A DNA stretch of 52,996 nucleotides, counting the filler, from Sphacelaria rigidula (taxonomy: Eukaryota), in the NCBI GenBank assembly GCA_964200075.2. It is 2 parts of 2 records of this genome, joined end to end, with 100 filler letters (N's around TTAATTAATTAA, not from the genome) between each part and the next. Parts side by side here need not be neighbours in the genome. Positions count along the whole stretch, not along the records: positions 1 to 26,464 come from CAXNAA020000137.1; 1 more part is not named here. One strand, 5' to 3'. The translations under genes and the position numbers were made by a program. The notes under the pieces were generated by a model that did no database searches, was not told the origin of the DNA, and saw nothing but the letters and a program-made list of their open reading frames with translations. This document shows positions 12,746-24,264 of the stretch, in pieces; position 1 is the first letter of the stretch, and each line of letters opens with the position of its first letter.

Positions 12746-13155
12746 TCATCCGAAGAAACTGCGCATATCACTCGGTGTAGACCGTCGCACAGCGTATGCG
12801 TCAGTAAAGGTCATCTTGGCCTCGCGAATCCCTGAGTACGCATCCTCAATTCCACACCGTTCAGCCCGTTCCTCGAGAAAATCCAACTGATCGCGAACTG
12901 TATGGTACGAGGGCGTTGAATTTATGCGCGCTACGGTCCGAAGGGTAATTTTGAACCTCCTGGTTATCTCTGCGCGTTGACGCCGTTCTCCATCAGTTTC
13001 ACCATCTCCGCCTTCTCCTCCGTCGATAGCCGCCTGCGCTTTTTCGCGCCGGTGGCCTTCTGCTGCCTCTACGTTTTCTTTTCGGTGTTTCTTTAGATCT
13101 CATCGCTGTCCGACGAGCTCGATGAGCCGCCGTAACTGCTCGACGATGCGCCCAT
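12746..13155 (-). pseudogene. Internally deleted pogo/Tigger-like transposase remnant (CENP-B/psq-type HTH fused to C-terminal tail)
   Basis: MGASSS...KKRRRLSTEEKAEMVKLMENGVNAQ/ITRRFKITLRTVARI then PSYHTVRDQLDFLEERAERCGIEDAYSGIREAKMTF...DMRSFFG*. Two stops and one frameshift; no DDE domain. Confidence 0.7.
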
Positions 13156-13505
13156 CCCCGCATCAGCGCTGTGCTGTGCCCTCAAGCATGTGTCGCACAT
13201 CCTGTGCAATTTGTTTCCACTTGCGGGACCTTGAACACCGCAAAGACCGTGCTGGTAGCCACCACAACCTCCACGACATCGATGTGTGCCGACTGTCGAC
13301 ACGCTGAGGGTAAGACTCGGGAGTTTGCACTGCTCGCCTGCTACGCAATGCATGGTTTCCAACGAAGTGTGCGGGTCCGCACGATACAGCACGCTCTGAA
13401 TCATGACTAACCAGCTTCTTCGACTATTAGAACATGGCATCTGTACAATTTTCAAGATGTGGCCCTTTTTACGGCACACTGTATTATATATAGCGGACAC
13501 GAATT

Positions 13506-13625
13506 GGGGCGGCCGAAAAAGTGTGCCATATAACGGGCCAGTGCCTTAGAACCAAAAGGGGCGGGCGAAAAAGTGTGCCATATAACGGGCCAGTGCCTTA
13601 GAACCAAAAGGGACCACCCTCTGTA
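13506..13625 (-). repeat. pogo-like terminus (TA-CAG...) with 2 x 52-bp subterminal direct repeat
   Basis: Near-identical units at 13506-13557 and 13558-13609. End ...accctctg|ta lies upstream of the minus-strand transposase remnant. Confidence 0.7.
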
Positions 13626-14126
13626 TCGTATTTTTTTTCAAGATGGTCGAAATCGCGACCTGCAGATCGGAATATTTGTTTTCCACTGCACTTGTTTCGA
13701 TCGGAAAATAATGTGCTACGAAGACACGGCCTAAGGCTACTTATGTATAAAAAACCAGTGTGAAAAAACGCGTTTTCCGATAGAAGGCCAAAACCCCACT
13801 TGTTATGTGATCAGAAATCGTGTTTGATGATGAGAATCTTTCTGTTGATATTTTCCGACATCTCAACTTAGGCCATAAAAAAATGTTCTCGAAAAAGCGC
13901 TTGAAATCCCACCGCCCGCCAACACACCCTACAGCCCACGACAGCACCGGTGATGACTTGCCTGCCATCACTACTGCTGTCGTTGGTGCTCGCGGGCAGT
14001 CAACGTGTTGCATCATTGTCCTTCCCTCGCCAGTAGCGTGGTGGCCCTTTACCCCATGAGAACAGTACAGGGCAGGGTCGATGACGAGTGCTGTACAGAC
14101 AGGACAGTCTGTATGTAGTTCGTACA

Positions 14127-14586
14127 AAATTGTAGCTCAGTTCAGGTCTGTACAGGCAGCGCGTTGCGAACAGCCGTCGCAATGCTTTACAGATTTCCCA
14201 CGCACCCAAGCCTCGTAGAGACAGGACCGGACTGACAGTACACACAAGACTATAAGATAAATAGTGCTACTTCTTTAGCACATCTAATGCATACAATACA
14301 GCACTGTCTGTACTGTTGTCCGTGCTGTCCGTACAATCGAGTACTACCGTGCAGCGAAATTGCAGCTCACTTCAGGTCCGTGCATGCAGCGTGTTGCGAA
14401 CAAGCGTCGCTATGCAGTACAGACTGCCTACGCACCCAAGCCTTGTAGATACAGGACCGTACTGACAGTACACACAAGACTATGAATGGTGCTACTGTTT
14501 GAATACTACAGTCAATGCAAACAATACTGCACTGTCTGTACTGTTGTCTGTGCTGTCCGCACAATCGAGTACTACGGTGTAGCGGA
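14127..14586. repeat. Diverged tandem duplication, period ~230 bp
   Basis: aaattg.agctca.ttcaggtc...cacccaagcct.gtaga.acaggaccg.actgacagtacacacaagactat starts at 14127 and 14357. Confidence 0.9.
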
Positions 14587-15066
14587 AGAGCCCAACCGTC
14601 AGCTCTACAGCCGCTTGGTACAGCAAGGCGATGTTCTTATTGCTCGTCTTGTGTCACGCAGCCCATGTATCGCTCGGTCAGTATATTACAGTATTACAGC
14701 CAGACAGTGCGGACCGTCCACCACGACACGACAACAGAGTGTTGTGTCTCTCTCGAGCGCCCCAGAATTTGAAATTATGCCCTCACGCCTTGTAGAGAAC
14801 ATCACGGTCGACGAGGGAAAGGGATTGCCGAACCCTTCTCGTGATAAAAAGTACGGCAAGACGTCACAAGGAAGGTGGGGTGACGAGAAAAAGAGGAAAA
14901 CACTCCAGTCTTGACTTTCCTCCTGTGTGATGACACACAGACACACACACACATAGACGGAGGAGCAGTTTGTTGAGAATACGAAACCCAAGGAAATTGG
15001 GATGACAAGCGCGGGCTGTTCGGCTTATCATGCGGCGTGGACCCCACACCACAGGTGCACAATCAA

Positions 15067-16299
15067 TAGAGCTCGGAAGTGGTTTGTCTAACCATTAACC
15101 AGTGAAATGATAACGGTTTGGTCATCGAGCGGCGCAGCCGCGAGCCGAAAAGCCCCCCTCGGCAGAGAGGACCTCGCCGGAGGCTCCCCCGGAGGGCCCC
15201 GCTGGAGGCGCCGTGCTGGAGGTATGTTTTTACGCGATTTGGCTTCACAATAGCTAAAACAATACGTGTGCTGCATGCAGCATACGTAGCCGGTAATGGC
15301 TTATGAAGCTGGTAACGGTAAAGAATAGTTTGAAACCATTATCCAACATGTTCATATAACCATTGCAATTATTACCATTATAATGATAACCACATAGACC
15401 CACTTATGGCAACGGATCTCGTTTTTTTGGAGACCCGGATTTTTTCCTCAAATTGGTGGACTCAAAATCGTGGTGACCCTCTTATGATACAGACAGTACA
15501 GTATCACAGATTTGTGAAACGGTTCTGTACACAGACGGTCATTTTTTGTATGAGAGTGGTACTGCGTACTCGTGCATGAAGCCGAAGAGCAGGCAGGCGG
15601 GAAACAATCCTTCGAGTACAGTGTCGTACCTTGGTACCCTGGGGTAACACAGTGCAGGACACTACATCGGTACAGTGGATGATAATGCCGTGTCGTCGTA
15701 CATGATGGCACAACCGGTGTTGCGAGAACGGAGAACGAACGGTGCGCGAGCAGAGTTCAGTAGTGCAGTGCCGTACATCACCCCTTAAGTACAACGACAA
15801 CAGCTAGGAGAGTACAGTAGCGTCCGTTATAGTGATACAAACGGCAGCGCAGCGCAGCATAAAATATTACTACCGCCACAGGGCACGGCGTGAGCACTTA
15901 TTATCCGCTTGTCAAATCCCGTACGAAGTTGCGTCAGCAGCTGGGGCGGGCAGTAGGCACACCCTGTGCTTTCACGAGACGGTCTTCTGCTGCCGTTGCA
16001 TAAATATCAAACGCCTCGAACTCTAGCATCATACGTCGATGCACGTACGTCACCTCGAAAAATTCCGGGGGAGTCACGGTCTCGGAACGATTTCCACCCA
16101 ATTTTTTCGAAAAATCGGGATAAACTGTTCTGAAATTGTGACTCCCCGATTGTTTCGCCCCCGATTTGGTCCAAATCCGTGTCCATGAAATGCGTTCCCC
16201 GATTTTTCCCGAATTTTTCCCCCCCCGATGCTCGAAAAAATCGAGATCCGTGCCTGCCATAAAAGTGGGTCTTATAACTGGCACCATCTCCTAGCTCTA
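15067..16299. mobile_element. hAT-like MITE interrupted by a nested element
   Basis: TIRs tagagctcggaagtgg / tagagctaggagatgg. 8-bp TSD acaatcaa (15059-15066) / acaatgaa (16300-16307). Short aacca/tggtt subterminal repeats. Confidence 0.75.
15396..16272. mobile_element. Non-autonomous TIR element nested in the hAT-like MITE
   Basis: TIRs agacccacttatggcaacggatctcgtttttt vs agacccacttttatggcaggcacggatctcgatttttt. Confidence 0.8.
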
Positions 16300-16307
16300 A
16301 CAATGAA

Positions 16308-17594
16308 CCTTTACACAGCAGGCGTCGTTTCGGAACAGTTTCACAGGCTGACAGTTCAGGCGACATCTGGGGTTTCCAGCGGGCAAGGGGGGTTGTCAGG
16401 GAGGTGGGGATCTCTTCGCAGAACAGCCGAAAAGCTCACCAGGTCTACCCTATGTGTCTGGAAGTTTCCCACGGAGTATTTCAAGCCAGGAACGAGATCC
16501 GAGTAGAGCGGAGTAACCATTCTGAGCAATCACAGCTATGTAGATGGTCACTGTGTTTCCCTTCAGGTGGACTACTTCGCTGTCTAGTCGTACAATATTT
16601 CTTATTTGGTCACAATCCAACCAAAGCTGCCATGGGCACGAATAACCTGGTTTTTACGCTGCTGGTGGTCTGTGCCGCTTGCCCTACCCCTCATGCGCTC
16701 ACAGCATAGTTTCACTCTGTCTATACAGTAGTGGGCAGTCTCACTATTCATTTTGTGGCTTTTTGTAATGTTTTCGTCATGGGCGATTTTCTTGGGCTCT
16801 TTTCGCTTGCTACCGCTTATCACATTGGGGATCTGAAGACATTTGTATCCGCTCCACATTCCAAGAAAAAAAAGTCACCTGTACTCAATTTTGACTGACT
16901 TACGGGCTGACCGATCATCGGGGGTCCTGCCACGTTTCAGCCCAGATTCTTTCTTCTCGGTATTTTCGGTCGATCGAGCCTGTCCCGTTCATATGTTGGA
17001 AGATATGTACAGCTTATTTTTTTGAAATTCTACCTACTGCTTGCACTAGAGCCGAAAAACTGTGTTTCATGGTCAACAACACCCTCCTGATAAACGGGGT
17101 ATTTACTCGTATCGCCCGATAACACCAACTAACACTGACTTGGGCACTGTTTTTCGAGGATGACCTGTTCATTGTAGCAAAATCTACCAACGCGAGAAAT
17201 TTCGAGCTCTATCGAAGAGTAGTACGCGAGGAAAGCCTCAAAACACCCCTGAATGGTTGGACTGTCCACTGTTGTAGTGTTGTGGAACACTAGGCAGAGA
17301 GAGACATCAGGATCATACAGTAGATTGTTTTTAATGGAGAGCGACGGTACGCTAACTGTTTCTTGCTGTTGTATCCAGTGAAGACAAACAGCACACACAC
17401 AACCACTGACTCTGCACGCAATAGATTGCAGGGTTGAATTCGGTCAGGGCTTCTCCGGGACTATTTTGTGTATTCATTTCCAACATCCTCATATCATGAA
17501 AATGAACGTTTTGTGCAGCAATAGCAGAGCTGTTCAAAACTCCAAGTGTGGCATAGTCCATCTCAGCCCTCTTGCGGGGGGTCCCTGTCTGGGG
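16308..17594 (-). mobile_element. Older piggyBac-like copy of the 8731 family, inverted
   Basis: 16308-16530 matches the family right end. 17545-17594 (gtggcatagtcca...gcggggggtccctgtc) is the reverse complement of the left end. Flanks tgaa/tcaa resemble a decayed TTAA. Confidence 0.65.
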
Positions 17595-20271
17595 ATCAAA
17601 GTGTTGCGCCAAAAGAGAAAAAAACAATCACATCTTAGCTAGTACCGTGTGGAAAATAATTGTATAGTGTATCGGCTGATAGCACCCGCATTCCTGACTG
17701 AGTTTGCACGGCCGACGCCCCCCAACAAAGAGGTACGGGTTCAACCGGCAGAGCGCAGGAAAGCTGTATCCAAGGCGGAACTTTGGGTGCCAGGTCCTGA
17801 TTGCAAACGTGACGGGGTCCCGCGTTAGGTCGGATGACCCGTGTTGCTCTGTTTCGGTCCCATGTGTTCAGCACGGTACGCCGCTAGGTGACAACCACCC
17901 TGTCTGCTGAGCCCTCGTGCGATATGGAGGGGAAAGCTGTGAAGCCGTAGCCGACACAGGAAAAGGGCTCATGAACGTCGATGAACTCATTCTATTCTGC
18001 AAAGATTGTACTGTACGGACTGTACTCTGCAGTGTATGATACTGTTGCTGTCTCTGAAAAAAGCTGTGTAACCCATTCTGCTGAATCTTGAGACTGTCGA
18101 ATGCGACGCTCGTAAACAAGGTTGCACAGAAACCTTGAGTGTGTGTTTCCACCGCGGCTGCTTGCCCCATCCCCACACTTTGCGCATGAGTTCAACCCTA
18201 CACAGGCAGCATATGCATCAAGTGGCGGTGTCGTTGGATTGCTCGCCTCGATGATGACAGTGGTTTGTGATATCTGGGAATTGCGTCGAAACGACCCCAA
18301 AGCGGTTATTCCGCTGCCCAAACTTCGCACACCATGAGTGAATGAATGTGTCTCACCGCTGGTGCAGCAGCTGTCGGGTCATGTACAGTTGGGCGCCTGG
18401 TGAAAGTGTCGAAATCCGGGTTTCCCCTGCAAAATGGCTATTCGTACAAATTTCGTGCTCGTATCGTCTTCAGAGCTGCCCATGTTCAGAGATGCTGTTG
18501 TACACGCGCTGTAAGGGCTGCACGGCGCTAAGACTTCACCCAGATGTCATGAAAAGTACAATAAACAAGCTGTTGTCGCTGGTACTGGTCTAGCGTGTTG
18601 CAGGAGCGTGCAAAGGGGCGAAAAAGAGGTCAGGTTTTGAAAACAAAGACTTTTTTTTCTTTCTTTTGGTGCGAGACTGAGTATGTACGATCGAGTGCTC
18701 CACGACTTTCCCTCCGCATACGTACGAGTTTTTGTTGAGGTACGATACCGTAGTCAATTTTAAAAACGGCCCAGCCTGTCGATGGATGAAGTTCTTAGTT
18801 TCAGTCTTTTAGCCTGACGGTCCCGCAACTGCCGGCCGTCTTGGTCGTTGTCGCGGCGTGCTGCAAACAGAGGAGTCTTGTGCACGGGCTGCAGTTGCGG
18901 GCCATCACCTGTTATTTTCGGTGTTTACAATATGTAGTTACAATAAGTAGTCGACTGAGTTTTTTAACGTGAGTTGACGCGGTGTGGTAGTGCTGACCCA
19001 ATCCGCGACACAAAAGTGCGAGGGATGTCGCTTGAGACCGCGGACTCGTCCCGAGGAAGGGCAGGGGTTCAGAGTACGATAAAAAAAGTTACAGCATCGC
19101 ACGGCGCACTCTGACAGGAACGCCACACGTACTTTATATAGTTTTCTTGGTGTGGTGGCCCAATATCATAGTAGGAGCAGGGCGGCCGATTTTCCGGAGG
19201 TGGTGTAGGGGGCCTCACCAGATACAGGCTAGCTCTGTCCCCCTGTCATCACAGGCTGTCCTGAATGGGGAAAAGCTGCGGCAAAAACTTTCGTTTCTGT
19301 TTCTCGACCAGTATACGCAATTGAACAACGCCTTCAGCACCCAGGGATCGCCTGTGCGTGAGCAGCTCAAAACTGGAGAGAGATTTTGCGCCAGTTCTCT
19401 CGGTGGCCGGGGAATGGGGCGGTTTAACCGCTAGATAATGATTTTCGAGTTGCACGGTGGGCTGAAAATAGGCCAATGCCCGAATGCAGTGGTCAGTGAC
19501 AAAACTGCGCCTACTTTGTTGGGGGGGGGGGGTACTGTAGTTTTTGTGCTAGATGTGAGGTACACCATGCTCTATTAACTAGCATAAAAAATATCCTGAT
19601 TTTACCATGACGGGTGATTTACTTCGCTTGCCTTCGGGCAACTGCACTGTAGACACGCCCAATCTTCATATGTAATTGTAATACTTCCTCTGTGCCATAA
19701 GTAAAGTCCGTTACAGTACGGGGGTCAGATCTTATCTCGCCAATGGAGTTGCCGACCATGCCACAGTTAGGTTTGCTGAAAAGCTACAGATGTGGTGATG
19801 CTCATAAAAAAGAAAAAAATCACGTCGACTTCTCTGAGAATTAGTGGGTCGAAAACTGGATATTTTGTGGGGGTCTACACGTTACACGTTCACGTCACCT
19901 TTCGTTTGGGACGTTGAAAACATTTAGCCTTGCGTTAACGTTTCATTTGAAAATGTAACGTGACGTTCACTCGACATCTCGGAGTTGCTCCCTCCACGTA
20001 GTGTGCTGTTTCAGCTTCAATAGCGTCCTGCTACGATAGGGGGGGGATATTTTGGGTCGTTTTCTTCCAGGAAGTTTATACTTTAATCGTCGTTGAAAGC
20101 AGCAACGGTTAACCAAACGGCCTTGCTTCCGATAAATAACGTTCATTCACTCTACTTGATACCGCTTGAACCCAAAGACAAGCGCGCCGCAATTGTGTTG
20201 GGTCGTTTGAGGCACCTATGAGCCCATTTTTTCGTGAAACCGAACACCCCCCCTCCCCCTCCTTGTCGTGC

Positions 20272-20512
20272 TTGATGCATTAGACAGTAGCGAGAAACGA
20301 TGACTACATTAGGAAGCAGATGGTGGCCACAGAGGGCGACACAGGAAGGAGATGAGATATGTAAAAGGTTTTGTGTAATGTATGGAAGAATTGTAATGGG
20401 CGCTGGAATGTTGGAGGTGTCTATTTATAGTAGGAACGGTGCTCCGTCTCGAGAGGGATGCGTGGTCAATAGCCAAACGACCAAGGCGAGCAACAAATGA
20501 GTACGTCCCCCC
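20272..20512 (+). mobile_element. 5'-truncated LINE 3' end (ORF2 C-terminus, very short 3' UTR, oligo(C))
   Basis: LDSSEK..TLGSRWWPQRATQEGD...SRNGAPSREGCVVNSQTTKASNK* followed by gtacgtcccccc. Second copy at 339-407. The LINE assignment rests on 5' truncation plus a TSD and on recalled similarity to brown-algal LINE tails. Confidence 0.65.
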
Positions 20513-21956
20513 TACCGTACATTACTCAATATGTTCGCTGACGATATGTGGGATACGGCTGCTATTTTTTGCAACCAAGGACGCTCGGCAGGGAAAAACA
20601 ACGTAGAGCTGGCCCGGACCATGCACCCGCAGATACCTTCGCACGCCGGCGCGCATCTGCTGAACCTTTTCTCTCCGGTACCGACGCATGAACCGTGTCG
20701 CCACGGTGCGTCTCGGCGTTGTCGTAGAATATGGTGCAATATAGACCGAGTGTGCATCAAAGCAATGAGAGCAAAGATGGCAGCGGTGATGTTCTTGGTC
20801 TGAACCCACTGTCTAGTACCTGTTTCACTTCTGGTCTTCGCCGTGGCGGTATGTCTTTCGATATTCTCGAAGAAGAGCACGAATCTTCAACGAGTAGACG
20901 CAGTCGTTGTCTAAGTCGAACATTTCTGAAACTTCCACACAGGCCGCAGAGTGATCCTACGCACATTTCATTTCACCTCGGTAGGTATCCGCCGAGAGAT
21001 TTCAGGTCTTCCCACCGCTGGTTCGATCATACTCTGTCAGCACGTCTTTGCTGGTGTGATTCGGATGTCGGCTTCCATACAAACCTGAGTCTGTGTCATC
21101 GTTGTTCCCACGAAGTTTGCACCACAGATGGCAGCTGATTCTAAGTACTGTAGAGATTTACAAAATAATCGCAGTCACACCTGCGGTGAAATGATAAACA
21201 CGTCCCCTTTCGACTTGTACTGTCCGATGATCGACTATCGCTGTGAACCTTCTTCCAAGCCATGATTCGTTACGTGATTTTTTTCTGGTGCTGTTGACGT
21301 GGAAGAGTGACCGCCCCCCCCACCATGCGCGCTCGTTCAACGTGTATCCAAGTGTAGTGTACATGATACTGCACAGCTCTCGCTCACTGTGTTGACAATA
21401 TTGCCTGACTAATGATTTTGTTTATATTTTTAGCTAGCTTGTCCTTTCTGACTTGCAAACCCGGGCTTGTGTACTTCGGCATGTATAATGAATACACCAT
21501 GGCTTCAGATTTCTTTGTTATAGCTGGGCATGCTTTGACACTGGTATTTGTGGTCACATGTCTTCTGCGGCACGATCATCCTGCTATTGTACGATACGAG
21601 TGCTTTATTCGCTTCCGATTCCTGTTGAAATAGTGTAGAGGACGTCCCATTGGCTGGATTCATCTTGTGAGTAGTGCCGTAGTTGTTGGGATCAGCTTAC
21701 GTGAAGAGTCGTCTGCGTTGATTGCAGGCAGCTGCTTTTTCTCCGGAGTATGTGCCGCAACATATGCCATACGTTCCGCAAAGCGTCTCAACTCTCTTTC
21801 ACCCTTGGCTCACGGAATAGTTTCTGCCGTTTTGGATTCCGTGCTACCGTGAACAGTTTGCTTTCGAAGAATTACCACGCGAGCGAGCTCATGGCCTAAG
21901 TCGCGAGGAAAACGTACATCAGCCAGGGCTGCTCTGAGCCGCCATCTGACGGTTTA

Positions 21957-23993
21957 TTGGGTTTCAAGACGGAGTTTTGCTCCAAGCAGGCCAGGTCGGG
22001 AATGGTGCATGTGGTGAGAAGGAAGTGCCGTGATGAGGGCTGCCCTAAGCGGCCGTCGTACGGTGTAGCGGGAAGCAAAAAAGCGGAGTTCTGCTCCCAC
22101 CATGCTCGAGCGGGAATGGTGGATGTGGTGAACAAGAGGTGCGGCTATGATGGCTGCTCTACGCAACCGTCGTATGGTGCAGCGGGGAGCAAAGAGGCGC
22201 AGTTCTGCTCCAAGCATGCCACGGCGGACATGGTGGATGTAGTGAGCAAAAGGTGCGGCTACGAGGGGTGCTTCACACATCCATCGTATGGTGTAGCGGG
22301 GAGCAATAAGACGCAGTTCTGCGCCAAGCATGCCGCGGCAGGAATGGTGAATATGAGCAGGAGATGTGTTCACGACAGCTGCTCCACGCGGCCGTCGTAT
22401 GGTGCAGCGGGAAGCAAGACGGTGCAGTTCTGCGCCAAGCATGCCACGGTAGGAATGGTGAATTTGAGCAAGGGGTGCGGCTACGACGGCTGCTTCACGC
22501 AGCGGTCGTATGGTGTAGCGGGGAGCAAAAAGGCACAGTTCTGCTCCAAGCATGCCAGGGCGGGAATGGTGAATGTGAAGAATGGTAAGTGCGACGACGA
22601 GAGATGCTTCAAGCTCCCGTCGTATGGTGAAGCGGGAAGCACGAGGGCGAAGTTTTGTCACGAGCATGCTAGGGCGGGAATGGTGAATATGAGGAACAGT
22701 AAGTGCGCCGAGGAGGGATGCTCCTCCCGTCCCTCGCATGGTGTAGCGGGAAGCAAGAAGGCGAAGTTCTGCGTCAAGCATGCGTGGGCGGGAATGGTGC
22801 ATGTAGTGCACAGCGTGTGCGGTGACAACGGCTGCTCCAAGCTTCCCACGTATGGTGTGGCGGGGAGCAAAAAGGCGGATTTTTGTTATGAACATGCTAA
22901 GGCAGGAATGATGAATGTGAAGAGCAAGAAGTGCAGCGATGAGGGCTGCTCCACGCGTCCGTCGTTTGGTGTGGCCGATAGTAAAAAGGCAGAGTTTTGC
23001 TTCATGCATGCCAGGGCGGGAATGGTGAATGTAGTTGACAAGAGGTGCGGCGGCGAGGGCTGCTCGAAGCAGCCGTCGTATGGGGTAGCGGGAAGCAGAA
23101 AGGCCGAGTTCTGCTTCCACCATGCCAGGGCGGGAATGGTAAGTGTGCTGAAGAAGAAGTGCGGCCACGAGGGCTGCTCCATGCGGTCGTCGTATGGTGA
23201 AGAGGGAAGCAAGAATGCGGAGTTATGCTCTAAGCATGCCAAGGCGGGAATGGTTAATGTGGTGATCAGGAGGTGCAGTGAAGAGGGATGCTCCAAAGGG
23301 GCAATCGATAAGAAGGACAACGGTGGTGAGGCAAAATTTTGCCGACGGCATGCTGTTGCGCACAATACAGCTGCAGTGTCCGATGCCGCGAAGCTCAATT
23401 CTGGGAAAGACACTCCCAGCTGTAGCCCGACGGAGGGTGGTTGGAGAAGTGTTGCTGATATACGAGGAACGAAACGCAAGGGCGCGGCACTCTGGGGCTC
23501 TGCTACAAACGACGGCGCTGGTGCTCGCCGTAGCGTGTGTCCCGGTTCAAGGCAGGGTGTAAGAACACCGTTGCTCTTGGGACACCCACCTTCGAGGGCT
23601 GATGGCGAGGTGTCTTTGGTGACAAAAGCCGGGGCAGGAATGAAGGTAGAGCTGGCAGTCTCCTCTCCTGCACACGGTGATGTATCGTTTTGGGCAAAAA
23701 GAGGGGCGGGGATGACGATAGACCTCGCCGTCCCCTCCTCCACACACAGTAGCGATGGGGTGAGGGAGTGTCGCGAGCAGGTTGCCCCTCCGAGTGGTTG
23801 GAGAAGCGGTGGTGGTAGTCGCAGCTCCAACAGCGGTGATGGGAGTACGGGGCGGCTCTGTGGTTCGACGGCAGTGGTACCTGGACGCATGGACACGTGT
23901 GATACTGTAGACTGCGGAGAGGCAGGGGGGGTTTCGAACGTGAAGTTGGAGCTAGGCGTGTCTAGTTCTCCTCGGACGTTCGATAATTGGTAG
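21957..23993 (+). CDS. EsV-1-7 cysteine-rich repeat protein (about 12 repeats) with low-complexity C-terminal tail
   Basis: 678-codon ORF. Eleven 37-38-aa units C-x4-C-x3-PSYGxxGSKKAxF-C-x2-H-ARAGMV plus one divergent unit (22026-23351). Start uncertain: first in-frame ATG at 22002, in-frame TAA at 21897, and an upstream exon is possible. Confidence 0.92.
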   Translation: MGFKTEFCSKQARSGMVHVVRRKCRDEGCPKRPSYGVAGSKKAEFCSHHARAGMVDVVNKRCGYDGCSTQPSYGAAGSKEAQFCSKHATADMVDVVSKRCGYEGCFTHPSYGVAGSNKTQFCAKHAAAGMVNMSRRCVHDSCSTRPSYGAAGSKTVQFCAKHATVGMVNLSKGCGYDGCFTQRSYGVAGSKKAQFCSKHARAGMVNVKNGKCDDERCFKLPSYGEAGSTRAKFCHEHARAGMVNMRNSKCAEEGCSSRPSHGVAGSKKAKFCVKHAWAGMVHVVHSVCGDNGCSKLPTYGVAGSKKADFCYEHAKAGMMNVKSKKCSDEGCSTRPSFGVADSKKAEFCFMHARAGMVNVVDKRCGGEGCSKQPSYGVAGSRKAEFCFHHARAGMVSVLKKKCGHEGCSMRSSYGEEGSKNAELCSKHAKAGMVNVVIRRCSEEGCSKGAIDKKDNGGEAKFCRRHAVAHNTAAVSDAAKLNSGKDTPSCSPTEGGWRSVADIRGTKRKGAALWGSATNDGAGARRSVCPGSRQGVRTPLLLGHPPSRADGEVSLVTKAGAGMKVELAVSSPAHGDVSFWAKRGAGMTIDLAVPSSTHSSDGVRECREQVAPPSGWRSGGGSRSSNSGDGSTGRLCGSTAVVPGRMDTCDTVDCGEAGGVSNVKLELGVSSSPRTFDNW

Positions 23994-24264
23994 TTGACAC
24001 CATTCCTTGTACCGATCTCGTTGCTCATATTGCCCGGGGAGTATGTTGGTGTGTGCTCGTGTGTCGGCGGTCTCCAACGACACGTGGTCGGCAGTTTGTT
24101 TTCCTGTGCCAAGCAGTACGTAAAGTTGTGGGGTCTTTTTATCCGAACGTCACGTTCCACCAGTTTCTCGTCGAGGGGCAGTTGCGAGACATTCGTTGGC
24201 TGTGTGTGTTCTATTGGCAATTTGCCAAGGGCTGGACAAAAATATATGTACCGTAGTAGTCGGC

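Larger units (their letters stand above)
11426..13731 (+). mobile_element. PIF/Harbinger-like element (defective)
   Basis: TAA TSD at 11423-11425 and 13732-13734. TIRs gggcctgtcttggcacttcattttcgatcgaaa vs ggccgtgtcttcgtagcacattattttccgatcgaaa. Weak transposase-like remnant at ~12075-12380 (FDR...LCVTL...SRNDDL...FG). Confidence 0.75.

Noticed and set aside
20512-21138. Overlapping ORFs upstream of the EsV-1-7 gene
   Set aside because: No recognisable domain or consistent exon structure
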